From positions 4,340,001 through 4,404,000 of the forward strand of contig NC_090368.1 of assembly GCF_035084215.1 (NCBI RefSeq): 64,000 nucleotides of DNA, given 5' to 3'. Origin of the DNA: Heptranchias perlo. Its lineage: Eukaryota. The notes beneath the pieces were generated by a model. It did not search any database. It saw only the letters and a program-made list of their open reading frames with translations, and had not been told where the DNA came from. Below, piece by piece: positions 48,503-61,621 of the stretch. How positions within the stretch are numbered: the stretch's first letter is position 1; each line of letters starts with the position of its first letter. A program made the position numbers and the translations under genes.

Positions 48503-51334
48503 AAGAGAATCAATAAATAATTAGTTACGCCACTGAAAACTGACGGGCGAATTTGAGGGCAACATTCACCCAACATTAATAGACGCCCATTTTTAAAAAT
48601 TGGCTGAGATCTTTAATATCGTATTTATTTGAAGAACGCATGCACACTCAGGTTGGACAACCCGTTCATCATTACTGCTGTAAATCAGAATTATGCACAG
48701 CCCATAGAGTCAAGAACACCACAGTCTAACTCCCTATATCCGGTGAAACACAGCTTTTCAGATTATTAGCAGAATGAACCACTTTCTATTTTGGGCACCC
48801 AATGTAATCAAACACGCCCAGGTAAAATGTTTGGACATGGCCTCCAGTGCGGGGCGGTGGCCGGATTCCAGCACTGACCCACAGCACCACCGACTGCGTC
48901 CTGTTTACCTCACCTCCGCCATGCTGGTGTAGAGCGTTGCTGTTCTGCCCCTATCTGCTGCTGAACAGCAGCACAGGTACAAGTCACCCCAACAGGTTCC
49001 CATTCACAGGAGGTATCTACCCTGGAGACCCACGTACCCAGTTGCTGGATGCCTTCTGCGACTGGTGGGCACTGCATGGAATTTTCTGTTTTGACCGCAA
49101 CTGAAATTTTTTTGTTTTTTCATTTAACTACTGAAGTTGAAAATCACTGTAGGTGGATCACCCCCTGAAATTTTAATGGTATTTAAAAGGGAGGTGGTGA
49201 CTTTCAAAAATGAATTGGATAAATACTCGAAGGGAAAAAATTTGCAGGGCTACGAGGAAAGAGCGGGGGACTGGGACTAACTGGATTGTTCTTACGAGCC
49301 GGCATGGGCTCGATGGGCCGAATGGCCTCCTTCCTCTGTGCTGTAACCGTTCTGTGATTCTACTTGGTGCATCGGCTTTCCCTCCTGTTCCAACAAGATG
49401 CGTTACATTACAGTACAGTATTATAGCTCAGAAGTGTTATTTCTCACTAAAACTCTTTCCTTCCCCCCCCCCCCCCCCCCCCCCCACGACTGCACCCCTG
49501 CTCTCAGTGAAGGCAACAGCTGGTCTGTTGCAGCAAAGGGTCTCGCTCTCTCGCTCCCCACCCCATTCTTGCCTGATCTTTGATCAACCTTTTGGTCACT
49601 TGTCCTAATAACTCTACGTGGCTCGGTGTCAAATTTTGTTTGATAACGCCCGTGAAGCGCCTTGGGAGGTTTTACTATGTTGAAGGCACCATATAAATGC
49701 AAGTTGTTGTTGATCTCCCTGCTCCGTCCCTGCTGCTATGTTCACTAGCTCAGTGACAACGAGTTTCCACCAGGATTCAATCTTTTTAAAAAAATATGTA
49801 AGGTAAAATTGTTCTCATTGGACAGCAATTCCTGTCACGAGCCATAGATCATTGGATTGAAATCACCTGCTTTAGCCACAACGTGACAAACGCCCAATGC
49901 TAGAGCCCAAACAGGACAAAAAAAGGCTAGGTACAACATATTTGGGACGGTGTTCAACGGACTCTAAACCACTTGAGCTTTGGCCTCAGGGCTTCATGTG
50001 GACACCAACCCTCCCCCTCACGTTACTATACTGTAATCATTTCCAGCTAGCCCTTTGTCTCTAATAAATTTCAACCCAACTTTTCTCCCCTCCTCAAAGC
50101 AATGGCTCTGACTGGAGTGCAGTTCCATGGATACCAGCAATCTTGTTGAAAGTGGGTCAGCCTACATAGCAACTGCTGGCAGACTATCCCACCGTGGTTT
50201 GGGCAGGGGTCAGTGGGTGGGATCAGAGCTCTCTCCTCGCCCAACGTTCCCACATGCATCTCAACTGTGGCTCAGCGCGTAGCACTCTCGTCTCAAGGTC
50301 AGAAGGTCATGGGTTCAAATCCCACTCCAGGGACTTGAGCACAAAATCTAGGCTGATTCTTCAGTGCAGTGCTGCACTGCACTGTCAGGGGAACCGTCTG
50401 CCTGCTCGGGTGGATGTAAAAGATCCCATGGCACTATCTGAAGCGGAGCAGGATGGTGTCCTCAATCAATGCAGCTGAATCAACTGACCATTCACCTCGT
50501 GGTTTGTGGGATCCTGCTGTGCGCAAATTGGCTACAAAACAAGTGACTGCACTTTAAGAGTAATGGAGTGGTGAGTGCACGAGGGGCTGAAGCAATTTGA
50601 CCATTATGTGCACACAAAGGAATGGCGGCACAGGGTCTAATAATTTAGACCATGGTGCTAGGCCCCAGTGTCCATCTCACCATGTTTAGTGGGGAACTCC
50701 GTAAACCATGGGAGACGCGCAGATGCTGAAAGAAAAATGGGGGTCTCTGCTGCAGCCATGCTTTGGACGCCTGGCACATCGAGCCTCAGCGTGCCCATGG
50801 CCAAATGGGACCCCGTCTACTGGCAGCTGGCTGCACTCCCCCAAACGCTGTAGTAAGATGTGACCCTTATATCCCACCATCAAATTGGCAGGAGAATAAT
50901 CCTATTTAAGGGTGTGGGTCGTACAAAAAGGAATCAGCAGCATTGAAGGATTCCAAGAGTACAGGGCAATATCTAGTTTCTAGCAACATGGCCTCCTTTC
51001 TTCTTTCCCTCCCACCCCCAACTCACTGTACAGGCGACTCGCCCCCAGGTCTCTCCCTACCATGCTCTGAGAGTAGCTTCTTTTCCACCTCCTCCCCGAC
51101 TCTCACTGAGCTTCTAGATTCTTGCTGGAGTGCAGTTCTACAGCCAACAGTCACAAGACCCAACCGGCCATTCTTCAGGTGTTAGCCCAGCAGGATATTC
51201 GAACATGGGAGGGAAGAGATACATCACAGGCTGATTTTGTACTCACCGCACAGACTGGGTAGAACTCAGCAGCAGGATCCCAAACCTTTTTTTCTGCCTC
51301 CTCCCTAACCTTTGTGGCGGGGGGGCGGGTGGGC

Positions 51335-51760
51335 AGCAGCCATGGCTCAGCGGGAAACATGCTCATCCCTGAGTCAGAAGGTCGTGGGTTCAAGTCTCCA
51401 CTCCAGAGACCTGACCCCATGGGCAACGAGGGAGTGCTGCACTGTCGGAGGTGCTGTCTTTCGGATGAGACGTTAAACTAAGGCCCCATCTGCCCCCTCA
51501 GGTGTGCGAAGAAACCACGGCACTATTTTGAAGAAGGAGCAGGTGTCCTGGCCAATATTTAGCCCTCAACCAACATCACTAAAACAGATTATCTGGTCAT
51601 TGTCACATTGCTATTTGTGGGATCTTGCTGTGTGCAAATTGGCTGCTGTGTTCCCCAACATTATAACAGTGACAACATTTCAAAAAGTACTTCATTGGCT
51701 GTAAAGCATTTGGGACGTCCTGAATTCGTGAAAGGCGCGATATAAATACAAGCTCTCTCT
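51335..51760 (+). mobile_element. Full-length tRNA-derived SINE
   Basis: TGGCTCAGCGG A box, GGTTCAAGTCT B box, Deu-type core and tail. Confidence 0.85.
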
Positions 51761-51859
51761 CTCTGGCTAAACATCATGCCACTAGGTGTATTTACCCTCA
51801 AGACCATCAGCGGGATGTTTTTAAAGCCAATTTAAAGTTCAATTTAGTTTACATATAGT

Positions 51860-53005
51860 GAACATAAGAAATAGGAGCAGGAGTAGGCCATACAGCTCCT
51901 CGAGCCTGCTCCAAGATCACGGCTGATCTTCCACCTCAAATCCACTTTCCCGCCCGATCCCTATCTCGTTTGATTCCTTTAGTGTCCAAAAACCTATTGA
52001 CGTCAATCTTGAATATACTCAACAACTGAGCATCCACAGCCCTCTGGGTTAGAGAATTCCAAAGATTCACCACCTTCTGAGCGAAGAAATTTTTCCTCAT
52101 CTCAGTCCTAAATGGCCGACCCCAGGTGCACACAAAGGAATGGCGGCACAGGGTCTAATAATTTAGACCGTGATGTTAGGCCCCAGCCAGTATCCAACTC
52201 GCCACGATTAGCCTTGAACTCCGCATTACATCGCGTCTACAGCATAGAAACAGGCCATTCAGCCCAACTGGTCCATGCTGGCGTTTATGCTCCACACGAG
52301 ACTCCTTCCGCTCCTCCATCTTCCCCTATCAGCATATCCTTCTATTCCTTTCTCCCTCATGTGATAATCTAACTTCCTCTTAAATGCATCTACACTATTC
52401 GTCTCAACTACCCCGTGATAGGGAGTGCCACATTCTAACCACTCTGATTGAGGAGAAACTTTTTCAATTTCCCATTGGATTTATTAGGGACTCTCATATT
52501 TATGGCATCTAGTTTTGGACTCCCACACAAGTAAAAATATTTTTTCTACGTCTACCCTACCAAACTCTTCCATCAGAGAGCCCCAGTCTGTTCAGCTTGT
52601 CCTGATAAGTATATCCTCTCAGTTCTGCTATCATCCATATGAATCTTTATTGCACCTTCTCCAGTGCCTTTATATCCTTTTATATAGAAACATAGAAAAT
52701 AGGAGCAAAAGTAGGCCATTCGGGCCTGCTCCGCCATTCAAAATGATCATGGCTGATCGTCTAACTCAGTACCCCGTTCCCGCTTTTTCCCCTTAGCATT
52801 AAGAAATATATCTGTCTCCTTCTTGAATACATCTAATGACTTGGCCTCCACTGCCTTCTGTGGTAGAGAATTCCATATTCCACATAATATGGAGACCAGA
52901 CCTGTTCACAGTTCTCCAAGTGTGGTCTAAACAAAGTCCTATACAAGTTTAATATAACTTCTCTGCTTTTCAATTCTATCCCTCTTGAGATGAACTCCAG
53001 TGCTT
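51860..53005 (-). mobile_element. Cluster of CR1 3' fragments (51860-52122; 52215-53005 with a nested copy at about 52685-52875)
   Basis: RPFRTEMRKNFFAQKVVNLWNSL motif and CR1 tails. Confidence 0.75.
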
Positions 53006-54919
53006 GGTTTGCTATATATTTGATATGGTTTATATATTTTAAAAAATGATGAGAGATTAGAAGTTACTCCTACCTGATAGCAGCCATTAACTGCTTTGGG
53101 AGGATTCCTTTTGTCATCGGGAGTCAGGAAGGTGGTACCTGGTGCTGGCTGAAATACATGGGAAACTAGAAATATCAACACAGGAGGGCTCTTTGTATTA
53201 GGAGATTGCACAAATAGAATCGTTTGTGGCTCAAAACATTTAGCAGCCACCCCGCAACTCATGAGGAAACCAAACAAAATGCAACACCGGGCACAGGACT
53301 CCCACTTTCCTAGATTTTCAGCCAGCAGCAGGCAGCCTTCCGACATCAGCTGGCAACAGAAGGCCACCGATGATCTCTCCACTTAAAACAGCTGCTATCG
53401 GGTAATCGGAAAAGTAACAGGTGAAACTTAACCGTATAAACAAAAGCAATGCTACGAAACAGATATCCGAGAAGCATTTAGTGGACTAAATGGAGCTTCT
53501 AATAAAACTAACCCCCCCCACCAACCTCCGCCCCTGCTGTATTGCCTGGTGTGGCACAGAGCCACACGCACCAGGGAGGTACAAGCCTCAACCCTGTTCT
53601 AAGCAAAGTTAGCTCATCTATGTGCTGTGGGGTGCCACAATTGACCAGAGTCCCTGAGTAGGCAGAGGGCTGGGGAAAGAAATTGAGCCTGGATTTCAGA
53701 TCTGTATCAAATGACCATGAATCCCCACCCACCCCCCCATCCCACTGGAATGTGCGTGTACGTGGGCTTGAGCACGGACAGGATTTGGCTTGGCCCGAGA
53801 TGGTACCCCCCACGTCCACCGAACGCTCGCTGTCCAGGCTCGCACATGAACGGCAACGATCAGAGGTCTGTCATTGCCTTCAAGACAGGGGGAGGGGGCC
53901 GAAAAAAAAGTGTGGGGGCGGGTAGGGGAAAAGAAAACCCTCCAAGAACAAAAATCATAAATTAGAGCTCTCAACAAAAAAGTCATGACGAACAACCTGA
54001 CAGCTTGCAAGATGGCAAGTGTCACCTTCGAGACCACAGAGAGGTTCCACCTGGACAAGTGTCACTCAAATCAGGCTGTCAGACCCTGGTTTTAAGTGCT
54101 GCTCGTTCGGGGGTGGGGTGGTCTTACTTGTTGGGACTGGTGGGCAGATTTCAAGACACTGGCCGGCCCCCAACCCCCCAACCCTGACAGGCATTTTAAA
54201 AATTGGTTGATAAGATGGCAGTGCTCGCTGAAAAGTAGGGGGTAGGCGCAAAGTGCAAAACCGGGAGGAAAGGAGAAGAGGAGGGAAGTCAAAATAAGGA
54301 GGAAGGATTGGGGTGGGGGGTGAGGGGGGAGAAAAAGGGAGGCGTGGCAGTCTTGTGGACTTGGGTCCAGTTGCACCTAAAGACACTTTTACCTACTGCA
54401 CCATCAAATGATGTGAGAATCACAGGCTGCCAAATCCACTCCCGTGTAAGTGACACGACCGCAGGCTGCAAGAACCCACTTGTACGCGGATTTCATGATC
54501 GGCGACCCTCTTGGCTAACCAGGCGGAATCAGGTTTGGCATGTCAGTGCGCCTGGACGCAAAGCAGCTCAACAAGCACGCCAGCGCGGCTTGGCATCATG
54601 TTCTTTGGCCTGCCCACTGCGCATGAGTCACAGCACCACGTCCCCTCACCTGCCTCCGGGTCTACACGGAGGTCAGAATAAGGCAGCGGTCGGGGAGTAG
54701 GAGGCAGCGGCTGGTACTCAGACTCCCTGAACCCTAAAAAGGTAAAAGTGCCTTAAGAATGCAACGATGGATCACTCGTCAGTCAGAGATTAAGACCTTA
54801 ATTCCAGTGCTTACTAAGAGTTGCATTACTTTAACAATTCTGTTTATATTTAAACCTACATTACATCCATGAAAAGTAACTTTTAAAGGCACGTCACAAC
54901 AGCCAGTTTAAATACTTAC

Positions 54920-54972
54920 ATCTTCACTCCAGTCATCTGTGCCCCACTCCTCTGTCGCAGTCCGCCAAGCAC
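54920..54972 (-). CDS. UBAP2L: UBAP2L exon (SAWRTATEEWGTDDWSED)
   Basis: tag|...|gtaag, 53 nt, phase 1/0. Confidence 0.94.
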
Positions 54973-56084
54973 CTACAATTGAAAGAGTTTTAGTTAATAT
55001 TGCCAAGTCTCAATGTCAGTAGATTCCCTGCCTTAGGAACCATACCATGAGTGCAAAACCCCCAAAAGTTTTATTTCTGAACAAGGAGGGAGCAGGTCTA
55101 CGAATTACGGGTTAATCCCACATTATTAGCGGCCACTTTCTTCGATCTGTCCAGTGATTTGAACCTGGGGCGGTCTCAATCCCGTGGGATCGGACCTACC
55201 GCACGAAACTCACTGTGCTGAATTGGCAATCTTACTCAAGGGGCCACAGAAGTGGGGAAAATAGGGGAAGCTGGGGAAAATTATCACACCGTTACAGTAG
55301 GGGATGCTTTTCTGAGGCTGGGGCAGTGGAAGGAGTTTTACTGTGTGTCTGTGTACTTACTATACCCCTGACCTGGGAGTGCTCAATACTGACAGGACAC
55401 CAACATGAAAAGTGTTACAGCCTTCATTTTAATGAGCACAATATTCACCAAAAAAAATTGGTCAGACATAATTTTAAATACAGCACAGTAATTTTTAGAA
55501 AATAATGTTTCTCTGGGTGAAACCTCAACACTCTATTTCCCAGACCTCCATTAGTATTGCTCTGGTACCAGCTACACTGAGATGCAAAAAAACAAATGGG
55601 CCTCAAATTCCCCTTCCTTCCCCGTGGGGAGGGCTCTCCATTCAATCGCTCTCTCCCCTCCCTCTTTTTCCCACCCCCCCCCCCCCAAACTCCTGTCCAG
55701 TATAGTTGAACGTAGGAACCTCCTAGTGCCCACTGAAGAAAAAAAAAGGCAAGGAGCAGGTTCCTAGCAGCGCAGAGGGCCTCAGGAGGCATGGATGGGG
55801 TAGGGATGGTTTACAAGAGGGGGCTGGGACGCAAAAGGAAAATCTATACGAACAGAAACCGTTCCTAAAAAAAAAATCATATTTTTTAAAAAAACAGTAT
55901 TGGGTTAAAAGGAACTAAATTAAAATGTTACTTTAGTTAAAGATCACAAGGTTCAAGTTGGATTGAGGAAAGGCTGCAAGAAAATTGAATCATTGGAGGT
56001 AGATTAAGAACTAATCTGAAGTTGGGAATGCTGCAAACTGCAGTAACCTTTCTACAGTGCTTATCACATACAAACTTTAAACTA

Positions 56085-57772
56085 GGAGAGGCAAAAAAAG
56101 GGAGGAGGAGAGGCAAAAAAAGGGAGGAGGAGAGGCAAAAAAAGGGAGGAGGAGAGGCAAAAAAAGGGAGGAGGAGAGGCAAAAAAAGGGAGGAGGAGAG
56201 GCAAAAAAAGGGAGGAGGAGAGGCAAAAAAAGGGAGGAGGAGAGGCAAAAAAGGGAGGAGGAGAGGCAAAAAAAGGGGGGAGGAGAGGCAAAAAAAGGGA
56301 GGAGGAGAGGCAAAAAAAGGGAGGAGGAGAGGCAAAAAAAGGGAGGAGGAGAGGCAAAAAAAGGGAGGAGGAGAGGCAAAAAAAGGGAGGAGGAGAGGCA
56401 AAAAAAGGGAGGAGGAGAGGCAAAAAAAGGGAGGAGGAGAGGCAAAAAAAGGGAGGAGGAGAGGCAAAAAAAGGGAGGAGGAGAGGCAAAAAAAGGGAGG
56501 AGGAGAGGCAAAAAAAGGGAGGAGGAGAGGCAAAAAAAGGGAGGAGGAGAGGCAAAAAAAGGGAGGAGGAGAGGCAAAAAAAGGGAGGAGGAGAGGCAAA
56601 AAAAGGGAGGAGGAGAGGCAAAAAAAGGGAGGAGGAGAGGCAAAAAAAGGGAGGAGGAGAGGCAAAAAAAGGGAGGAGGAGAGGCAAAAAAAGGGAGGAG
56701 GAGAGGCAAAAAAAGGGAGGAGGAGAGGCAAAAAAAGGGAGGAGGAGAGGCAAAAAAAGGGAGGAGAGGCAAAAAAAGGGAGGAGAGGCAAAAAAAGGGA
56801 GGAGAGGCAAAAAAAGGGAGGAGGAGAGGCAAAAAAAGGGAGGAGGAGAGGCAAAAAAAGGGAGGAGGAGAGGCAAAAAAAGGGAGGAGGAGAGGCAAAA
56901 AAAGGGAGGAGGAGAGGCAAAAAAAGGGAGGAGGAGAGGCAAAAAAAGGGAGGAGGAGAGGCAAAAAAAGGGAGGAGGAGAGGCAAAAAAAGGGAGGAGG
57001 AGAGGCAAAAAAAGGGAGGAGGAGAGGCAAAAAAAGGGAGGAGGAGAGGCAAAAAAAGGGAGGAGGAGAGGCAAAAAAAGGGAGGAGGAGAGGCAAAAAA
57101 AGGGAGGAGGAGAGGCAAAAAAAGGGAGGAGGAGAGGCAAAAAAAGGGAGGAGGAGAGGCAAAAAAAGGGAGGAGGAGAGGCAAAAAAAGGGAGGAGGAG
57201 AGGCAAAAAAAGGGAGGAGGAGAGGCAAAAAAAGGGAGGAGGAGAGGCAAAAAAAGGGAGGAGGAGAGGCAAAAAAAGGGAGGAGGAGAGGCAAAAAAAG
57301 GGAGGAGGAGAGGCAAAAAAAGGGAGGAGGAGAGGCAAAAAAAGGGAGGAGGAGGCGCAAAAAAAGGGAGGAGGAGGCGCAAAAAAAGGGAGGAGGAGGC
57401 GCAAAAAAAGGGAGGAGGAGGCGCAAAAAAAGGGAGGAGGAGGCGCAAAAAAAGGGAGGAGGAGGCGCAAAAAAAGGGAGGAGGAGGCGCAAAAAAAGGG
57501 AGGAGGAGAGGCAAAAAAAGGGAGGAGGAGAGGCAAAAAAAGGGAGGAGGAGAGGCAAAAAAAGGGAGGAGGAGAGGCAAAAAAAGGGAGGAGAGGCAAA
57601 AAAAGGGAGGAGGAGGCGCAAAAAAAGGGAGGAGGAGGAGAGGCAAAAAAAGGGAGGAGAGGCAAAAAAAGGGAGGAGGAGGAGAGGCAAAAAAAGGGAG
57701 GAGGAGAGGCAAAAAAAGGGAGGAGGAGAGGCAAAAAAAGGGAGGAGGAGAGGCAAAAAAAGGGAGGAGAGA
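56085..57772. repeat. 21-bp purine-rich minisatellite, about 80 copies
   Basis: Unit GAGGAGAGGCAAAAAAAGGGAG-type with 18-, 20- and 24-bp variants and a GGCGC variant block; the four long ORFs here are artefacts. Confidence 0.97.
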
Positions 57773-60700
57773 AAAACGCAAATACAAGCCTAGTTGCAGT
57801 CTCTACACCAGCACGGAAATTGCATTCAAGTGTCATATCCCATAATATGTACAAGACAGTGAATTTCATTGCAACCTTTGATGGTGGTGGGGGTGCACAG
57901 TGCTACGAGATATGGATTCCCTGATCCAAGCTGGTGTTTTAGGGCAGAGGGGGAGGAGGACACGAGCGCTGACCGGCTGTTTGCCCACAAGAAAAGGGGA
58001 CGAATCTATTTAACAGCAAGTGATCCCAGGCCGTTGAGTGGATTTCCCAACAGACCGTTCAGAAGGCCTAGTTCACCCATTTATGCGGAGTTAGTGAATG
58101 GCATAGAACGATACAGCACAGGCAGCCACTCAGCCCACTGTGTCTCTTTGAAGGAGCTATCCAATTAGTCTTACTCCCCTGCCCTTTCCCTGTCACCCTG
58201 CAAATTTTTCCCCTTCAAGTATTTATCCCATTCGCTTTTGAAAGTTATTTAACATGTCAGTTGAGATGTAGGGGAAACAGAAGGTATTTCACATTTGCCT
58301 TCTTTCACATCATTAATACAGCAGACTACCCTTCTTTGCTACTTTCCTGCTCTCCTGGAATATCCCCCCTTCCAATCAGGCTTTAGTCACTGGGACAATG
58401 CCAGGACCTTGTCCAAAAGTATCATTCTTTATGTGCGAGTCTACGCAGGCAGGCTATTTGAGTGTGTAGGGCTGCACAGTGGAGTCTGAGGCAGTCCTCA
58501 CCAGAGATCCACGTACACACAAGCACTTCCCCAGCAGAGATCCCTGGATAGCCATCGGGAGCAGGAACCCGGGTCCAATTTTTTTTCCCCCTCTTCCCAG
58601 GCTCAGGGACAGTGAAGCCAGCTGTAGCACCCCGACTAAGATTAGTCAGCTCAGTGCAGACTGGGCATCAAACCTGGAAACACAGTCTCTGCACAGCCCA
58701 GTACACAGAGGCAAATTTAGTCCCAGTGCAAACAAAAGTTACCAAGCAGTAGCACAGTCAACTGTTAGTCTGTACCTGTCTTGTATATATCATAGATAGA
58801 GGCAGGGAGAAGGAGAGCGAGCAAGCATATAGGACAGCTGTGACACCATCAACGGGCTCTGAAGGACTGCGGAAAACGCTTGAGCTCCACTCGTGGCTTG
58901 GGCAGGTCCTTTGAACGCCTTTTGATTGTATCACAGCCTCAGAACAAGCATCCAATGATTCAGTACAAACAGAAGTAGAAAATAACCATTATACTGTAAC
59001 TTCTAGTGTTCATGAAAGATGCACAGCACTACAGAACTAAACAGTGAGGATATATCCACAGATAACAGCATTAACATATTTGAAATATCTGGGGACATTG
59101 AGTGCAACTGGATTAACCCGTATGTTTTTGATTTCACTGTACCCACTCAAACTGGAATTCATTAAGACAGCCATCAAGACTGTAATATCAGTGAGAAACA
59201 ACTTCTAAAACACTTCCATAAGTTACAGAGTTCATTAGTTTTTTTTTAAAAGTTTTTTTTTAAAAAGTAAAAAAAAAGGCACGATTGTCTAGAAACAAAC
59301 TTAAAGACAAGGTAGGTTAGGACAAAGCAACTTAAGCAATAGGATGGGACGCGTTAAAAAGGCATCCGCAGTGGTCAGAGGGTTAAGCATACCAGGCACA
59401 GTTTCAAATTTTCTAGGGCAACTAGCCCCGTCGCCCCCAGTGAATTGAAGCCCTGGAAAGGAGAAACAAAAAGAAAAAAAAGAAAGAGAGACAATTGATG
59501 TAACTCAGGGTTAGTTTTAGAAGGAGGTAGCATTTGCAAAATGCCCCCCTTTTCTTTTTTTTAAAAAAATAAAACAGTGTACCTGTGGATATCCATTGAA
59601 AACAACGCACAAACCAGTAAACATTTAAATCAACCGCAAGCATGGGATGACGTTGCAGAACAGGAGTCGTGTGGCACTGCCCCTCCACCACCCCCATCCC
59701 CCTCCCCCAACTCCCTCGGCAGTGAGATATCGCCCGAGCGATCTCTCGCAGGGGCAAGTTCTCTCTCGCGGCAGCCGAGACCTGGGGGACAGGAGAGGGG
59801 AAGCCACCAGTCAGGACATCCTGGGGCATTTGGTCATCTCAGAGGAGCAAGGCTCATCAGCAATTGCCAGGAACTTGCTGCGAGTCTCGTTACCTCCCCA
59901 AGCTGGCGGACTGTAACACTGCGCAGAAGCCAAACAAATACACCACCCAATTTTTTTTTTTTTTAAAAAGTGCATAGCGACAGACTAAAAAAAAAACACT
60001 GGACTTCAGCAGGGTGCGAATCACTCACTCAGCAAAGAGTGGGCTGGTAGAGCCACATTTTACTAAGTCCAGTTTAAACATTACAGTCGCTTTGATTAGT
60101 GGAGAGCGAAGGAAATATTCGGATACGCCCATTTATCAAACAGGAAATGCAGCTCGGTCTGTACTGTGGCGAGGCTCAGGTAGCAGCACCGTTCAGGGAC
60201 CGTGCTGTCTGCAGTGTGTAACACAACCAACAGCACTCCGAGTCGGAGAGTTCCAAAGTCAAGCCGATCCCGAGGTGGGATCCAAGACAGAACATCCCGG
60301 CCAACATTATCTTTGTACCACGACAGTATAACATCTCGCTTATTAAGCCCTGGTAGACAAGTTCAATTTTCTCCGCAAATAGTCTGAATACTCATTTCTA
60401 TTACAAGAATGTTTTACTATTTTAATACAAAATTTAACCATTGAATCCAACAGTTTTAAATCCAAGTGAAGGGGATAGCATTTTAAACCCCAAACTGCTT
60501 CCTTAAGTCAAAGTTATCTTGCTCCCTCTGCCCTCCACTCCCCAATGTATCATTTTCTCCCCTCCTGAAGGTGCTGACACAGTTTCACAGGCACCAGCAG
60601 CCCTCAAGTACCTCGCCCATTCTGCACGGGTGAGCCTAGGCAGCAGGGGGGTCTGGCTACCTGACCATGGAGGGCATCCCCACCCTGCCCTCAACCAACA

Positions 60701-61511
60701 TCCACACATGCCCACTCTCTGGGCAGTATCAGGAATGCACTACGGTCGGTGCTGCAGAAGGACCAGGGCATCAGTGAAGCCCGGGGGAATTGTGCTGTCT
60801 GCAGCACACAGCAAGTAAGGCAGCAACACAGCCAACAGCTGGATCAGCGGCTAACAGTCAGGAGCAGAGATACTTGCTAATTTGCTCCTTCCAAGTCGAG
60901 GGAGGAATGGCTGCACCCCAAAACCTGGCTCAGAAACCAGTGCACAGATCAGAGAACAAAACCGGTCTCAATGACTCAGTAACGCTGGAATGCACGGCCT
61001 GAAAGGGTGGAGGAAGCAGATTCATTAATAACTTTCAAAAGGGAAATGGATAAATACTTGAAGGGGAACATTTTGCAGGACTATGGGGGGAAAAAGGGCA
61101 GGGGAGTGGGACTAATTGGATAGCTCTTTCAAAGAGCCGGCATAGCCACGTTGGGCCGAATGGCCTCCTGCTGCACTGTATCATTCTATGATTCTATTAA
61201 CATGCTAGAGAGTGCATTTTACTCTCCAAGCCATCAGGGGGAGCTCATAGGAGATAAGGTGAAGCATGAGTTTGCTCCTGGACAGCAGAGAAACGTGAGC
61301 CATTCATGAACATTTCGGACTGCAGCACAATTCAGCAGGACACACTTCCCATTTAAACATTTCACTGTAATGACAGATTCACAAGTAGCCAGAAAGAGTT
61401 TCCTCTTTTCCAAAAAAAAAAGCTAATCGCAATCGGACATTTTCGCTAGCGTTTCTCACCACTGCTAAACCCAATTCTCACGCTCCACAAATTGATTGGC
61501 AAGCTGCTTAC

Positions 61512-61621
61512 TTGTTCCGTCGTCGGGTTCGAAGCTGCCGGCGCTGTTCCACGCAGGGTTGGGGTTCCCGTAGTACTCGTCTGTGCTGGCGGGGTCCGTG
61601 TAATCAGCGGGATTAAACGTT
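61512..61621 (-). CDS. UBAP2L: UBAP2L exon, first one in the window (TFNPADYTDPASTDEYYGNPNPAWNSAGSFEPDDGT)
   Basis: cag|...|gtaag, 110 nt, phase 2/1; TFNPADY follows the RGG box in UBAP2L. Confidence 0.95.

Noticed and set aside
56085-57772. CRISPR-like array
   Set aside because: No unique spacers, and the context is a eukaryotic intron
55937-57869. Four 559-616 aa ORFs (K/R/G/E-rich and F/L/P/S-rich)
   Set aside because: They are translations of the stop-free 21-bp minisatellite inside a UBAP2L intron, not genes
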